Below, piece after piece: positions 22,023 through 33,883 of a stretch of DNA of 64,000 nucleotides. The stretch lies in assembly GCA_946965045.2 (NCBI GenBank), contig OX337231.1, positions 2,294,001 to 2,358,000 on the forward strand, written 5' to 3'. The position numbers and the translations under genes were made by a program. The notes beneath the pieces were generated by a model. The model saw nothing but the letters and a program-made list of their open reading frames with translations, was not told where the DNA came from and did no database searches. Positions within the stretch are counted from its first letter, which is position 1, and every line of letters begins with the position of its first letter. Origin of the DNA: Epithemia pelagica. Taxonomy: Eukaryota; Protista; Bacillariophyta.

Positions 22023-25000
22023 ATCTTCAGAACGATGGTTGACAGCAGCAAGTGGTGCACTGGTGACAGCGTCGTCCACACAGTCATTGTTGTCATACCC
22101 CGGTGAGTGCAGATGATTGGTCATGTCGCCAAAGACACTGTCAAGTCTTGAGATGTCTTCTGTGTTGTTGGTGTCTGCTGGAGTCGGCACCGTTGCAAAC
22201 CAATCGTCGAAGACGACATGGTACTGCGGTGTGATGGCGCCCGTGGAAAGATTCAAGACGAGTGGTGCTGTGGTGGCATGGTTGGGAGAAAGTCCCATGT
22301 TCATCCCTCGTTGTGATCTTGGTTTCCATCTTGGCAGTTTCTTACCGTCTGCAATTCGTTTTTCCAGGACGTACACTGGTGCTCCCCAGACATGAAGATC
22401 GTGTAGCCGTTTTTGGGGCCATCTCGTTCTTGAAAAGATATCGTGGGGTGAGACGCCAGTGGACGGATTGGGAACGTGGTTGAAGACAAAGACGGCGTGA
22501 GAGACCGCCATGGGCCAGAGGGTGGGATCCGCTGTCTCAGGCCAGTGGATGCTGGCGTGGAGCATCATCGTCCGAGCCATCGACATGATGGTTTGGATGG
22601 CTCGTTTGGCGACGCCATTCTGGTGATGGGCGCCTACTCCAGCGTAGGACCGAATCTGGGCAAAGGTTTCGAGTTGCCTGGTGTAGTCTTGTGCAGTGAA
22701 ACAGCTGCCGTTGTCAGTGTGGTATCGTTGGGGAACGACACCCACATCCTTGCAACGTTGCTCGAAGGTGAGTTTGGCATTCAAAGTCTCGTGAGTGTTG
22801 AGATGCGCCTGAAAGACCACATCGATGTGGCCGCTGGCGTGATCAACAAAGATGCATCCTCCGCAAAACATTTTCTCATCTTTTGTCTTTCCTTTCGACG
22901 TAAACAATCTACCTTTCGTGGAGCAAATAAAGTGGTCCACCGACACACTTTGGCCCGGAAACAGGTCGTTGTTTTTGAGGGCACCGTCACGGTCGAGAAC
23001 TTCGGTGACTGTTTGTCCTGGTGTTGACCGTTGTCGTTGCTTGCCGTATTGACAGGCGGCACACATGGGCGGACTCCGTAGTTTGCAGATGGCTGTGTGC
23101 AACTGACGGTTTGACGCAGAACGTGACAATACACCGGATTTAAAAAGGAATTGGATGGTTCGAAAGTTCATGTGGCAAAGTCGTTGGTGCCACCGAAGCC
23201 ATTCCTTCTGTGGTTCGGTCAAGTTCAAGTTTCGTTCGTGGACGACGGTGACAGTGGTCACGAGTGCTCGGATGGACCGGTGGATTCCATCTTTTCCATA
23301 GCCATAGCAGGTGGGAAGGTTGTTGGTCGGATTGATGGTGGCAAAGACCGGGGTCCGAGTAGAGTCGTCTTGTATCCCGCTGAGAGTCAATCCGCAGTCT
23401 TGAAGGGTGATGGTTTCTCCGGGGTATTGTTGGAGGAGATGTGTTGTGCTCAACAATCTACAATTGGCCGATGGGATGAACAAGGCCAAGCGTTTGAGGG
23501 TGCGGAGATTGCCTCTGGTGTCCATGACGGACCAGTGGACGGTGCCGAGTCCGTTGACTGGGACGCCTTGGGCAACACCTTTGAGTTGCAGGTCTGGTCG
23601 TACTTTTCGGATCAATCCAACAAAATCGGACTTGGTGTTTGACACAGCAATACTCGCTCCAGAGTCCCAGATGATGGGGAAACTGGATGAGTTTTGGTTT
23701 TCCATGGCGGATCTGAATTTGGCTGGAGCTTGGAGGGCCATTTTCAAGGCTTCACTTTCTCCGAGTTGGTTAATGAGGGCGCAAAGTTGAGGTTCGGAGA
23801 TGGAGTCTTGATGGGATGGTCCATGGGTGTGCTGGTGGTTGCCTCGTCGTTGGCGTCGTCGGTGTCGATTGGAACGGTTTGGATGGCGTGCCCTCTGTGC
23901 AGCACCATTGTTTGGTGGACTCTCTCCCTCTGGTGTGGAGCAGAGGTTGGGGTAGTGGTGGATCCACCATGTACGAAACGACGCAACAAACCAGTCGGCC
24001 AGAGAAGAGCATGCACGTGATGAAGCATGGCTCATCATTGGGTGTGCCCAAGGGTGCGGGCGAGGACGGAGATGGTGTTTGGAGCAGGGAAGGAGCCGAT
24101 GTGTGAGGAGAAATTCACCAATCCACGAGAGGGTCAGGGGAATACAGCAGCCATAATACCACAGATGGTGGAAAAGGACGGTTGGTTGGAGCCATGAAAG
24201 AGAAACCACGATAAGAGCAGAAAACGAAACAATCAAACTGAATTGGGAAGCCAAGGGATCTTGGTGCCAATTCCGAGGATGTCTTGGTCGGGAGACAGGG
24301 GAACGCCTCGACGGTGGTTGTTTGGTTGGTTGGTTGGTTGGTTGAACACATGCTAGGTTGGCATGAGGTTCGAACTTAATTCGTTTGCTCGGGGGTGTAT
24401 CTGGGATGCACGTGTTTTCACACTGCATTTGGGTGGCCGTGTAGTGGGGATTGGTGGCCATTTCCCAGGCGAAGGTGTACTGGATGCTCAAGGGAGGATC
24501 GAGGGCACCGAGCCTGGAGTTGGGGACGGATTCATCATGGCGGAGAGTCTCGAGATGGAAGCGGACACTTGTTCGGGCTTGCTCGAGTTGGTCTCGGAGA
24601 GGAGAGAGCTGGGAAAGGTCTTCTTCCTTGTTGATGGCCGTGTGCACGTGGATGAGTCGTTCGACGGCTCGTTCCATGCATTTGATGCGGACTGCTGGAT
24701 CGTCGGTGTCGAAGGTACGACGGGGACGGGTCGTGTGAGACGGAGGTGAAGATGGCACAGCAGTTGGCTCGACCGGCGAGTAAAGACCAAGGGCATTCGT
24801 GCGAGGGGTGGTTGGCTCGGCTGGCGCTGCAACAGCTGTTCGCCACGCGTCAGGATGGCGGTTGAACGGAGTTGGAGGGCGGGCCGGTGGTGCACGTGGG
24901 GGAGTTCGGTCTTGGGGAGTACTGATGTCAGCAGAGTCGGTGGTCACACTAATACTACTTATAACAGATACAGTAGATGAATCCAAATTTTCGGCTGGTG

Positions 25001-27953
25001 TAGAACCAGTGGCTTCGTCGGTGTCAGAAGCCAAAAGATCGTAGGATGAGTCGTCGTCATTCGAAGGTGGATTCGAAGATTCGGTTGGTTCCCCATTGTT
25101 GTTGCTGGTAACAGCAGCATCAAATGGAGTATCGGTGGTGGTCTGGGAGGTTGGTGCACCATTGGAGTCATCATCACGATCGGCATCGTAGTTTGGGTCG
25201 TGGTCGTCGTCGGGAGGAGGACCATGGGAGTCGTCATCGTCGATGGTGTCGTCGTCATCTTCATCATTTCCATCGTCGTCGTCGTTGCCATCAACATCGT
25301 CGTCATCTCCACCGACGTTGTTGTCATCGGCCGGAGGAAGGGAGATGATCATGGCCAAGGGAGAGGGGACGGGCAACGACACTTCGGTGGCGGTCGTGAC
25401 GGCGGTTTCGTTGGCCGTGGTGGCCGTGGTGGAGCTGACACCGCTGTCGACGGTGTATTCGTCGAAGGAAGAGGAGGTATCATCATGATGGTGGTCAGGG
25501 GGGACGACGTCTTCGGGGTCAGTTGAGGCGATGTCTTCCCCTAGGAATGGAAAGTTGATGCATTCCAGGGGAAGACTGCCATAGTCGAATTCTAATGTCA
25601 TGGCCGATGGATGGCCGAAGGGACGACTAAAGGGAACGAAGGGACGGTTGTACGACGCGGTGGGGTGCGGCGTAGTGGGGATGTGACGGAAGGCAGCTTC
25701 GAAATTGGCTTCGCGTCGGTGGTCCGTTGAAGTGGGAGTGTTGTGCACTCGAGTGGGGACGGAAGTGATGGACGAGTCGTTGGTGGTGTTGGCTTGTCGG
25801 TCAAGACAAGGGGAACGGCCATGGGGAGCTGTGGACAAGGACAAGTTGGAGATGTCGATGTCCAGGGCGTCGATGTTGCCTGGAGTGGGAGGCAGAAGGA
25901 TGCTGCGAGTGGAAGATGCAACAGAGGTTTGGTCATGGTGTTCGTCGTCGTCGTTGTTGTTGTCGTCTTCCGCAAAGGGTTTGCCGTCTTCACTCGAATC
26001 ATCAGCAAGGCCAAAATAACAATCAACGGTGTCGGAGTGATCACCAAAACAATCAACGACAGTGTCGGGTTCAATCCACAGGGGAGCATCGGCACTTGGA
26101 GAGGAGTTGGTGCTCGGTGGTTTGGAGGACGACGAAAGGGAGACGGCGTCATCGTCGTCTTCTTTGTCGGTGGGGGAAAACTCATCCCAGAAGGAGTCAG
26201 GGATGGAGTTGGAAGAGTTTTCGTCGTTTGCGGAAGGAGGAGACGCGTTCTCGTTTTCGGTTTCGTCTTGGTCGCTGCATTCGACGCAAACGAGCTCGTC
26301 CATGTCGATGACCGCAGCCCAGGCGGAGGGGTCAAAGTCGACGGCCAGGGTGTGGGCTTGGGCTTGGCGGTTGTTTCGATTGTTGTTGTTGTTGCGGCGC
26401 CTGTTGGGAACGGGGCCATTGTGGGTGTCGGTGGTGTGGGTGGGCGTCCAACGTTCGCAGATACCACACCAGTTGTATGTTTTGCCATCGCTCTGTTTTG
26501 GGGTTGGTTGGTCGCTGGTGGGTGCGATTTTCTTCCAGTTCGTGGAGGAGGAGCTGTTGTTGCTGCGGTTGTTGTTGTTGCGAGCATTTCGTCCGCCTTG
26601 GTTGCCTCTTCCATCACGGCCGCCACGGTTGGATCGTTGCTGGGAGTTGGATTGGAAGTTGGAGCGACGGTTGGAGTTTTGCCCGGAGTTCTGCTTGGAG
26701 GAACGCTGGGGGCAATCTTTGGCCCAGTGATCTTGGGCGCCACAAATCAAACAGGCTCCTTTTGTGAAAGCACCACCCATGTGCTGTCGGAGGGCCATTG
26801 CCTGGACTTCAGTGAGTTTGCCGAAGACTTCGGGAGGAACCTTTGTATCTTTGTTGTTGCTCGACGGTGGCCAGGAGCCACGGTTGATTGCATCAGAGTA
26901 CAAGGAGTCGGCCTTGTCGCAGATGTCTTTGAATGACAATTCGGCGGCTTCGAGATCGGCTTGTTGGTCCTGGTCCGATTTGTAACGGACTTCAAGAATC
27001 TTGGCTTGGATGAGCGGTTGGAGACTCAACAATCCAAGGTTGTAGAGGCTGTCTCCATTCGCAAGAGAGAACGCTTCTAAGATGCCAAGGGTCAAGGTTT
27101 GTTTGTAAAATCCGGAGGCAAACAAGTCTTCGCAATCTGCTTTCATGTCGGCCGCCATTTCCGTGATGTTTTGGCCGGCGTACATGAATGGGGTCCTGGA
27201 GGCGATCTTGGCGGCGAGTTGGTCATACTTGGTGACTGAATCAGACTGAAGAATGCTGATGAAAGTCATCCAGGTAAGGCAGAACGAGTCGTTGGAGGAT
27301 GTCTTGGTTTCAATTCGCTGGCGGAGCTTGAGGTCGACGGATTCCAAAAGGCACAGACGAGCAGCCGTGTCGTTTTTGGCGTCATATGTGTCAAACTGTT
27401 GACAATGGGCCGCTGCGTTCTATTGGACATGGCGCAGGGTGAAGCGAGTGTGCTCCTTCACAATATGGCGCATGCGGGTGTTGTCAGCGGGGTCAAGCAT
27501 GTAGGCAATGGTGTCCATGCCGCGGAGAATGAGTGTCTTGTCGAGACGCTTCATGAACTAGTGGAGGTTGTCTCCTTGGCGGAAACGATTCGACAATCCA
27601 CCACAGCGGGTTTCGAAACCCGTGATGTCCTTCCCGAAACGACGTTGGTGAGGGGTACGGGGAAAGGGGGTGGTTCCATTGAATGCGGTTGAATCCAGGC
27701 CTTTCCAATCCGCTAGGGGCTTGCCACCAGTCCAGGCAGCCCATTTATACTCATCGAGTTGGACTAAACCGCCCATTCGAGGGCTTGGAGGCTTGAACGG
27801 GACGCGTTCGGTTGGTGCAGGGGCTGGAGGAGCAGTGGGAGGCATGGTTCCTTGGGTGGAGGAGTCGTCGGCACTTGGCTCAGCGGATGGATCGCTGGTG
27901 GTTTCTTCTTCACTGTCCGAGAGGAATTGGATTTCCTCTTCGATGGGGAGCAA
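22023..27953 (-). pseudogene. Element B gag-protease-integrase, with two in-frame TAG stops in gag
   Basis: ORF 27558-27953 is in frame with ORF 21951-27347. TAG at 27558-60 and 27420-22. Zn knuckle CLICGAQDHWAKDC, WCGICERWTPTH motif, protease IIWDSGAS, integrase HQRLCH..CAAC, VSVDHF, TDNGS, NGVAKR. Confidence 0.93.
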
Positions 27954-28128
27954 GCTGAAGCTTCCTAGGGAACGGGGAGAGTCGTCTTCACGTGGGGAGG
28001 ACGACAGCTTGCAAGGGAGGGGGCGGCCAGAGGGGAGATTCAGGCGGCGAGAGGGTTCGAACGGGAAAGCAAGAGCTTAAAGGGCAAAGGATGCGTAAGC
28101 GGGTAAGGCAGAAAAGGGCGTAATAACC

Positions 28129-28507
28129 AGTCAAAGTACACAGGGTACTCTGTAGTAGCTAGGGGCAGTACCTATATTGGCGTGGAGGTGATCAAGTCTC
28201 CACGACAATACACTAGAGAAGTTGTTTCACAACTTTCTGTTTGTTGATACTATAAGCTCTAGGTTTAGGAACTACATTCGATTCCTCATTTGATTCCTCA
28301 TGAGGAATCAATTCCTCGTTTACTCATGGAGGTTAGCTTGGAACCATTGATGCCAATGGCTAGAGCTTGGTTACTATGCGACGGGCAATGCCTTCTCTAG
28401 TAGTAAGGCATTGCTCTTGGATACATAGTGGGGACACGATTCTATGTCTCACAGATTCGAATCGTGACTGCCATATCGCCTGTCCGTCACACTGATTAAC
28501 CGCGACT
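28129..28507 (-). repeat. 5' LTR of element B
   Basis: Same sequence as 18491-18869. The adjacent internal sequence GGTTATTACGCCC lies at the PBS position. Confidence 0.97.
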
Positions 28508-31059
28508 CGCACCTCCGCAAGCACGAGATCATTGCGAGCCTCCCAGGCCACCTTCACGACTCCTAGTTCCTTCGCGATCGCGTCCCGCCAGAATGTCGTC
28601 CCCGTCTCTTTGTCAAACTGTAACGCCTCTTCCACGGAATGTGGCAGTCGCACCCCATACTTGTGTGTCAGTTTCCAATATTTTTTCTGCTTCTTCTTTT
28701 TCCCAATGACCTTGTTTATGATCCTTTGCTTGTGATTCATGACACGTGGCACCCACCAGTGGAATGCCGGTTCCTGCTCTAACCCTTGTGCGACTATATA
28801 TTCTGCTAACTCTATGGGGTATCCGTCCTTTGCTTCCCGAAGCGGTATCCATGACTGACTCCCATCCTTCCATTCAATCGCGATTTCCCACCCTTTCGTC
28901 GTTCTTCTTGGTACCTTGTTCCCATTCTTGGACACTATGAAACCGTCGTCCTTCCCAACGGCGTCCCCGTTTTTCCTGTGCCCAATGATCTCGCTCATGA
29001 TTGCGAACTGTCGACCTTGATCATCCAGCTGCGAATACAGCGACTCCGCAATGACATTGGCGGTGTATTCCTGGATGACACCTCCAGGGAAACTCACATC
29101 GTAAGCTCTACTGTCAAAGAGTGGATTCTTGTGCCTCGTTCCGATTGGTTTGCCATCTAACCCTTTCTTTCTCTTCACTACCGTCCCGAGCAACGTTTTG
29201 CCGCCAACGTCTAACTGGATTTGCGCCCCCAAGTAGTTGTCATACTTCTTGCCAAGGTCGTCCGCTTCTGGCTTCGGTTCCTGGATCATCTTCCCGTATT
29301 CTTCATCCGTCGGAATTACACCTTTTACTTGAGTGTCGTCCTCGACCGGTTCCTCTACGTCCTCCAAAAATCCTGGTCCCTTGCTCTCCCAATCCACGAA
29401 ATTCCTATCGTCGAGGCGCTGCTCAACAATCAACCGGAACCGGAACTCTTGAATCTTTGCCACGATGGCCGGTTCTGCCTGTTCCTGCTCTGTCACATGT
29501 TGCACGGTTGTCCTTGCCAACACTTTTCCTGCTTTAGTGAGAATCCAATAACAAAGGTCGCTGCCAATTCGATGCGCTATCCCCAGCCAGAACCCAAGAT
29601 GACGATGTTCATCCGACGTATCGGCGTTGGTGTTGTCATGATACCAGACAATATCAAAAAACTGGAAATCGATCCACTCCGAGATGTCGGGTGTCTCGCC
29701 TGTAAGTCGTTCTATACCGCTACGTCTGTCATGTCCCAGGGCGACGCGACTAAGTACACCCGACACCCGACTCATGAACCAACCCATAATCCCACAGACG
29801 ACGAGGAACCCGACAATCAACCATGTGGCGATGCCATCGTTGTTTGAGGAGCCCGATCTCTCGCTCGGCACGATGGTTCTGCTTACTCGTGCCCTTTTCG
29901 GCCCATTTGAGGTCGATTCGGTGGAAACGGCTTAATTTCGTGAACTGCGTGGCGGCCCCCGTTTGCTCGCCGGCCAAATCCACTGTCAGACCATCCGGAA
30001 CCCCAACTTCATCAATAAAACGGGCCAATGCCTGGCCGACATGTGCCTTGGAAGCGAGTGGGTAAACGGCCGTGTACTGTCCATCCGTGAATACTTGCGC
30101 ACACTTGTGTCCCGAAAGTGATGTCGTCCGAGAAAAAAGCGTATCCGTATAGAACCGACTATTCAATCTATTCCGATGCAATGCCGATGCAATGCCAAGT
30201 TGTCAACACGATATCGTCGCGTTATAGGCGTGACAGCTGTCCGGATACCCTGTTGGGTGGTGACGCGGAGGGTTTTCCGCGCGGTTTCCAACCCAATCTT
30301 CCATTTCTTGCTGAGATTTTCCGGTGAAACGATCGAGCGACGGTCCGAGCCGAGACCGCCGACCGATCTGAGACTGTCGAGTCGCTGCCCCACGGCCACA
30401 GGATCGCATGCGCTAGAAACCGCGCCAATTTCGAGTGAGATCTCTTCACGTGCATCATCCAGCGGGCTACGATTGGGTAAGCTTAAATCCACACTTTTTG
30501 GGTCCCATAACTCTTGACGCGTCAAAGTCACCGCAGGTAAAGTCTCAATTTCGTGCTTGGTAGGCGCGCGGGACTCAAAGTAGATAGTCGTCCCCTGTAT
30601 CTCGAAGGGGATATATAACCCGTCGGCCGTGATGCCAAATCCTTCGTCCTCCTTCCTTGTGGGGTCATCGCAAACCACATGCCCACAATACCGAATTTGA
30701 TTTTGATTCAAGAGAGTCTTCTTTAATGCACTACCAAACCACAACATTTGGTGGCCGATTAAGATGTGTTCTACTCCTGTACTTTTCTCTCGGATGCATG
30801 TTGCACATGTCGCTATCGGTACGTATCGACCTCCTACCTGTTGTCCCATAAAGTCACTAACCTTGCATTCCATTCCTGTTGTTTCCATGAGTGTCCAATT
30901 GACACCAGCGCAGGAGGTGTCTGCCATCGTATCCATTTCGTTGCATGCAACATCATTCCCATTCCCAGTGCTGATTCCCATGTTTCCTATGCTACAATCC
31001 ACCGTTGTGTCTTTCATCTTGTCAGTGGTCACCTCACGCCTGGCCCCACAAGTAACCAC
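28508..31059 (-). pseudogene. Element A pol, protease-integrase part, frameshifted by two short tandem duplications
   Basis: Protease EMDTMADTSCAG. Integrase FYTDTLF / LTVD / AEREIG, then GETPDISEW and KYWKLTHKYG. Frameshifts at 30173-30194 and 29757-29770. Confidence 0.93.
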
Positions 31060-32776
31060 TGATGCCTGGCGTCACGGTCGTTGCTACCGGGATTCTCGGT
31101 TCCCGCCGCACTACCAGCGGCGTGTCCATTGGTACCTCCGCCGACAGACGGGTCTGTGATGACCGATGGTGGCTCATTATTTCCATTCACGTCGACGTTG
31201 CCGATGCCGCGTCCACTAGCAGCAGAACCGCGCCCCCAATCACCACGTCCCCGCCCGTAGCCACGGCCGCGGCCGCCACCACGGCCGCCACGATCACCTG
31301 AGCCGCGGAGCCGAGCTCGTTCCTGATGGATGTACGCCTGTCCGGCGGGCCCGAGAGTGGCCATCTCCTGGGAAGTGAATCGGCGGCTAACGTCCGTGAC
31401 GTCGACGCCGTAAAAGGTGAAAATACCGTTGTGCTGTTGGAGACCCGCAAAATTCCGTGGACGGGAAGCGGGTGACTGTTCGCCAGTGTGTGTTTCCGAG
31501 ATAAACCGGCCGTTGCAATTCGGATGTTGTCCAGCAAGATCTTGACCTGATTTGCATTCGAGCGTCGATTAGGGGTCTCTTCGAGCGTGCGGAATGCACG
31601 TAGAAGCTTGGTAGAATAAGAGTCGAAGCTAAACGCCCTCTCGTTATGATAAAATACGGAACTAAGGATAGCTTCAGCCTTGTTGATACGTTTCTCTTTC
31701 TGGCCGCCGCCATCGTAGTGTGCTACCAAGGCTAACCGTGCCGCTCGACCATTCTGGGATGCCTGGTAGGGTTGAATCCACGTTGCGGGTTGGTCGCGTA
31801 CACGGTCACTAAGCAACCGGTACACTACCTTGTTGTCTTCGTGAAAGAATGGTCCAGTCAGAGGGTAAGTGTACAATTCTTGCTCTCGGAGAGTTTGAAA
31901 GACGTGTCCAGGTTGAATTTCAGGCCTAATTACATAGTCAAGTGGGGCTTGTTGCTTCCCAATTATGTGGGACAAATAGGTAGGGAATTCACGAGACCAA
32001 TCTTCCCAGATCTCTTCCTTGAGGATTTCGGGCTTAATTTCCGGTGCCTTGTCAGTTTCTGCTTTAATTTCCATCTCGTCGAGGGCATCCGAGAGTACCA
32101 CTTGGTCGAAATCGGCGGCAGTGATGTCACGCCTCTGTCTACGGGCCTTGGAAGCCCAAAAACACAGCCCTTGAAGATTCTTCACGACGCTTGTTGGAAG
32201 ACTTATATTGTTCGGTTCAGGGCGTTTCTCCAACCTTGAAGCTAAGGACGTGACATCATCCTTACTCATTCGTCCGAAGGCGTGTAACGAATTAAGACGT
32301 TCTATGTTTTCAAGTACTTGAATTTCATTCGCGTTTGCCCCGCACACGGTCAACACCAGCCCAACTTGCAAAAGCGCGGGTGGTGGTCCTGCAGGCGGGC
32401 GTGGGATCGGGGGAGGTGGTGCACCACCATCGCCATCACCGCCGTGTCCACCACCACCACCGCCTCCTCCGGCGCTGCCGTCTCCTCCGTCTCCGCCGCC
32501 AGCGGGTGCACCTCCAGCGGTTTCGTCCCGTGTCGGCACGCTTCTTGTTCCTCTCGTTCCACTACTTGAACTCCCGGCTCTATTACTAGAGCCGCCAGTA
32601 CTTCCACCAGTGCCACCACCACTGGGGTTCCGTTCCGTTCCTGTTTTCCTCGCGGGCATCTTTCTACTACCCGTATCCGTACTGGCTCCCCCCGCTGGGA
32701 TAGCGGTTCCCGTTCCTTGCCCTTCAGGGCTTGTTTCCGGTGGATTCTTCGTCGTAGCTCTAGTATTCGTTACCAT
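31029..32776 (-). pseudogene. Element A gag, frameshifted near 31515
   Basis: Gly-rich N-terminus, then APLDYVIR, YDGGGQ, FSFDSYSTKL. After NIRIA the gag-like text (FTFYGVDVTDVSRRFTSQE, RGG-rich tail) continues in another frame. Confidence 0.85.
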
Positions 32777-32832
32777 ATTCGTGTAGTTCACTTCTTTTAC
32801 TTCTTCTCAATACCGCACTGGGTCTGATAAAC

Positions 32833-32989
32833 TGTCTTGTTCCAGTCGATACCTTATTCAACGTGCAAATTAAAGATATTATAAGGCTAAACCACTAATG
32901 TAAGGATCCCCAAAATAGTAACCATGTAAACAGTAAAACCCCCAAAGATTTCCCATATCCGGGTTTGTTCCCACGACCCGAATAAGACA
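32833..32989 (-). repeat. 5' LTR of element A (157 bp)
   Basis: TGTCTT...AAGACA perfect terminal inverted hexamer. Pairs with 16669-16827. Confidence 0.95.
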
Positions 32990-33883
32990 AGATGACATCG
33001 AATCCCAGTTCGGACAGCAGAATAGAATAAGAATATTTATAGGGACTACTTCTTCAGTCACAGTTCAATTTGAGTGTAGGGCCAGAAGAAGAAGAAGGTT
33101 CTACTGTTTCTGGTAGAGTCGGCTCCTCTAACCTTTTTCGTCGAGAGACTCGTTTTCAGAAAATGCATTCTTTTCCTAGAACTGAAGGACCTACCCACAG
33201 TCGTCGGTCGTCGGTACTTTCTTCACACGCATTTACTATGTAGAGTTGCCCTTTTTCTCAGAGGCACGCAACAAGTTTGAAGCAACAACAACAAAGCTTC
33301 TATCCAGCTAGATTGAGACCCATGTCCGTCAACTATTTGGATCAATGTTCAGATCTCGAAACAGAAAACAAGTGATCATTCTTCCTGGAAAACGTCAAAG
33401 TTAGAGATCTTCTTTCGGCGGGATAGCAAATAAGATAGAACAAGTAGAACTTGGTGGGGTGTGCGATTGGTCAACTGTCCCCCACCAAATTGAGACTACT
33501 AGCAGTATTCTAATCTTACTTTGGTCTAGGAGGAGGATTTAAATACATACTCCTACTCCTACCTAGGAGTAGTATCTTTCACGGCGTTTATTTGGTATCG
33601 CATCCTACCTCCTCTCCGATCAAGATGGACTTTTTTATTCACGAGATAACAACATAATCCTGGTCTAATCGTTTCTGAGTCCTCCACTGAAACTATATCG
33701 GACTCGGCCGCTCCTCTGTCCGCCAAGGGGACATCTACATTATTTCTTGACGGCAATGTATCTCATCTTTGGATTCGGAGACTCGCCGACTATTGGACCG
33801 TGCCCCGACCCCAAACGTCACTACGACCTCGATAGGACGTAGAGGTCATCTATTTAGTTCCTCTAAAGTTTCGGAGTGGGGTG

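Larger units (their letters stand above)
18491..28507 (-). mobile_element. Nested Ty1/copia LTR retrotransposon (element B, 10,017 bp) inserted in the pol of element A
   Basis: Two 379-bp LTRs that look identical by eye, with a 5-bp TSD CGCAC (18486-18490 and 28508-28512). Removing B restores A pol (..AEVR|AGRQLIGY..). Polypurine tract AAGAGGGAG lies next to the 3' LTR. Confidence 0.97.
16669..32989 (-). mobile_element. Outer Ty1/copia LTR retrotransposon (element A, CoDi-like), degenerate, about 6.3 kb without the nested insert
   Basis: LTRs 16669-16827 and 32833-32989 with TGTC..GACA ends, flanked by AGAT on both sides. Domain order gag-PR-IN-RT-RH on the minus strand. Confidence 0.95.

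Noticed and set aside
24959-26936. Long alternative-frame and antisense ORFs (25598-26743 -, 25743-26936 +, 26062-26730 +) within element B
   Set aside because: These are shadows of low-complexity, stop-poor gag-spacer sequence with no domain motifs.
28360-28507. ORF 28360-29871 appears to have a novel C-terminus (VAVNQCDGQAIW...)
   Set aside because: This is read-through from the interrupted pol of A into the LTR of B. The same peptide appears at 18722-18904.
18491-28507. Direct repeats as CRISPR or segmental duplication
   Set aside because: Two long repeats with TSD, PPT and gag-pol between them are LTRs. There is no repeat-spacer array in the window.
33000-33880. Unannotated 0.9-kb stretch right of element A
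   Set aside because: No ORF over about 65 aa, no termini, no repeats. Treated as intergenic.
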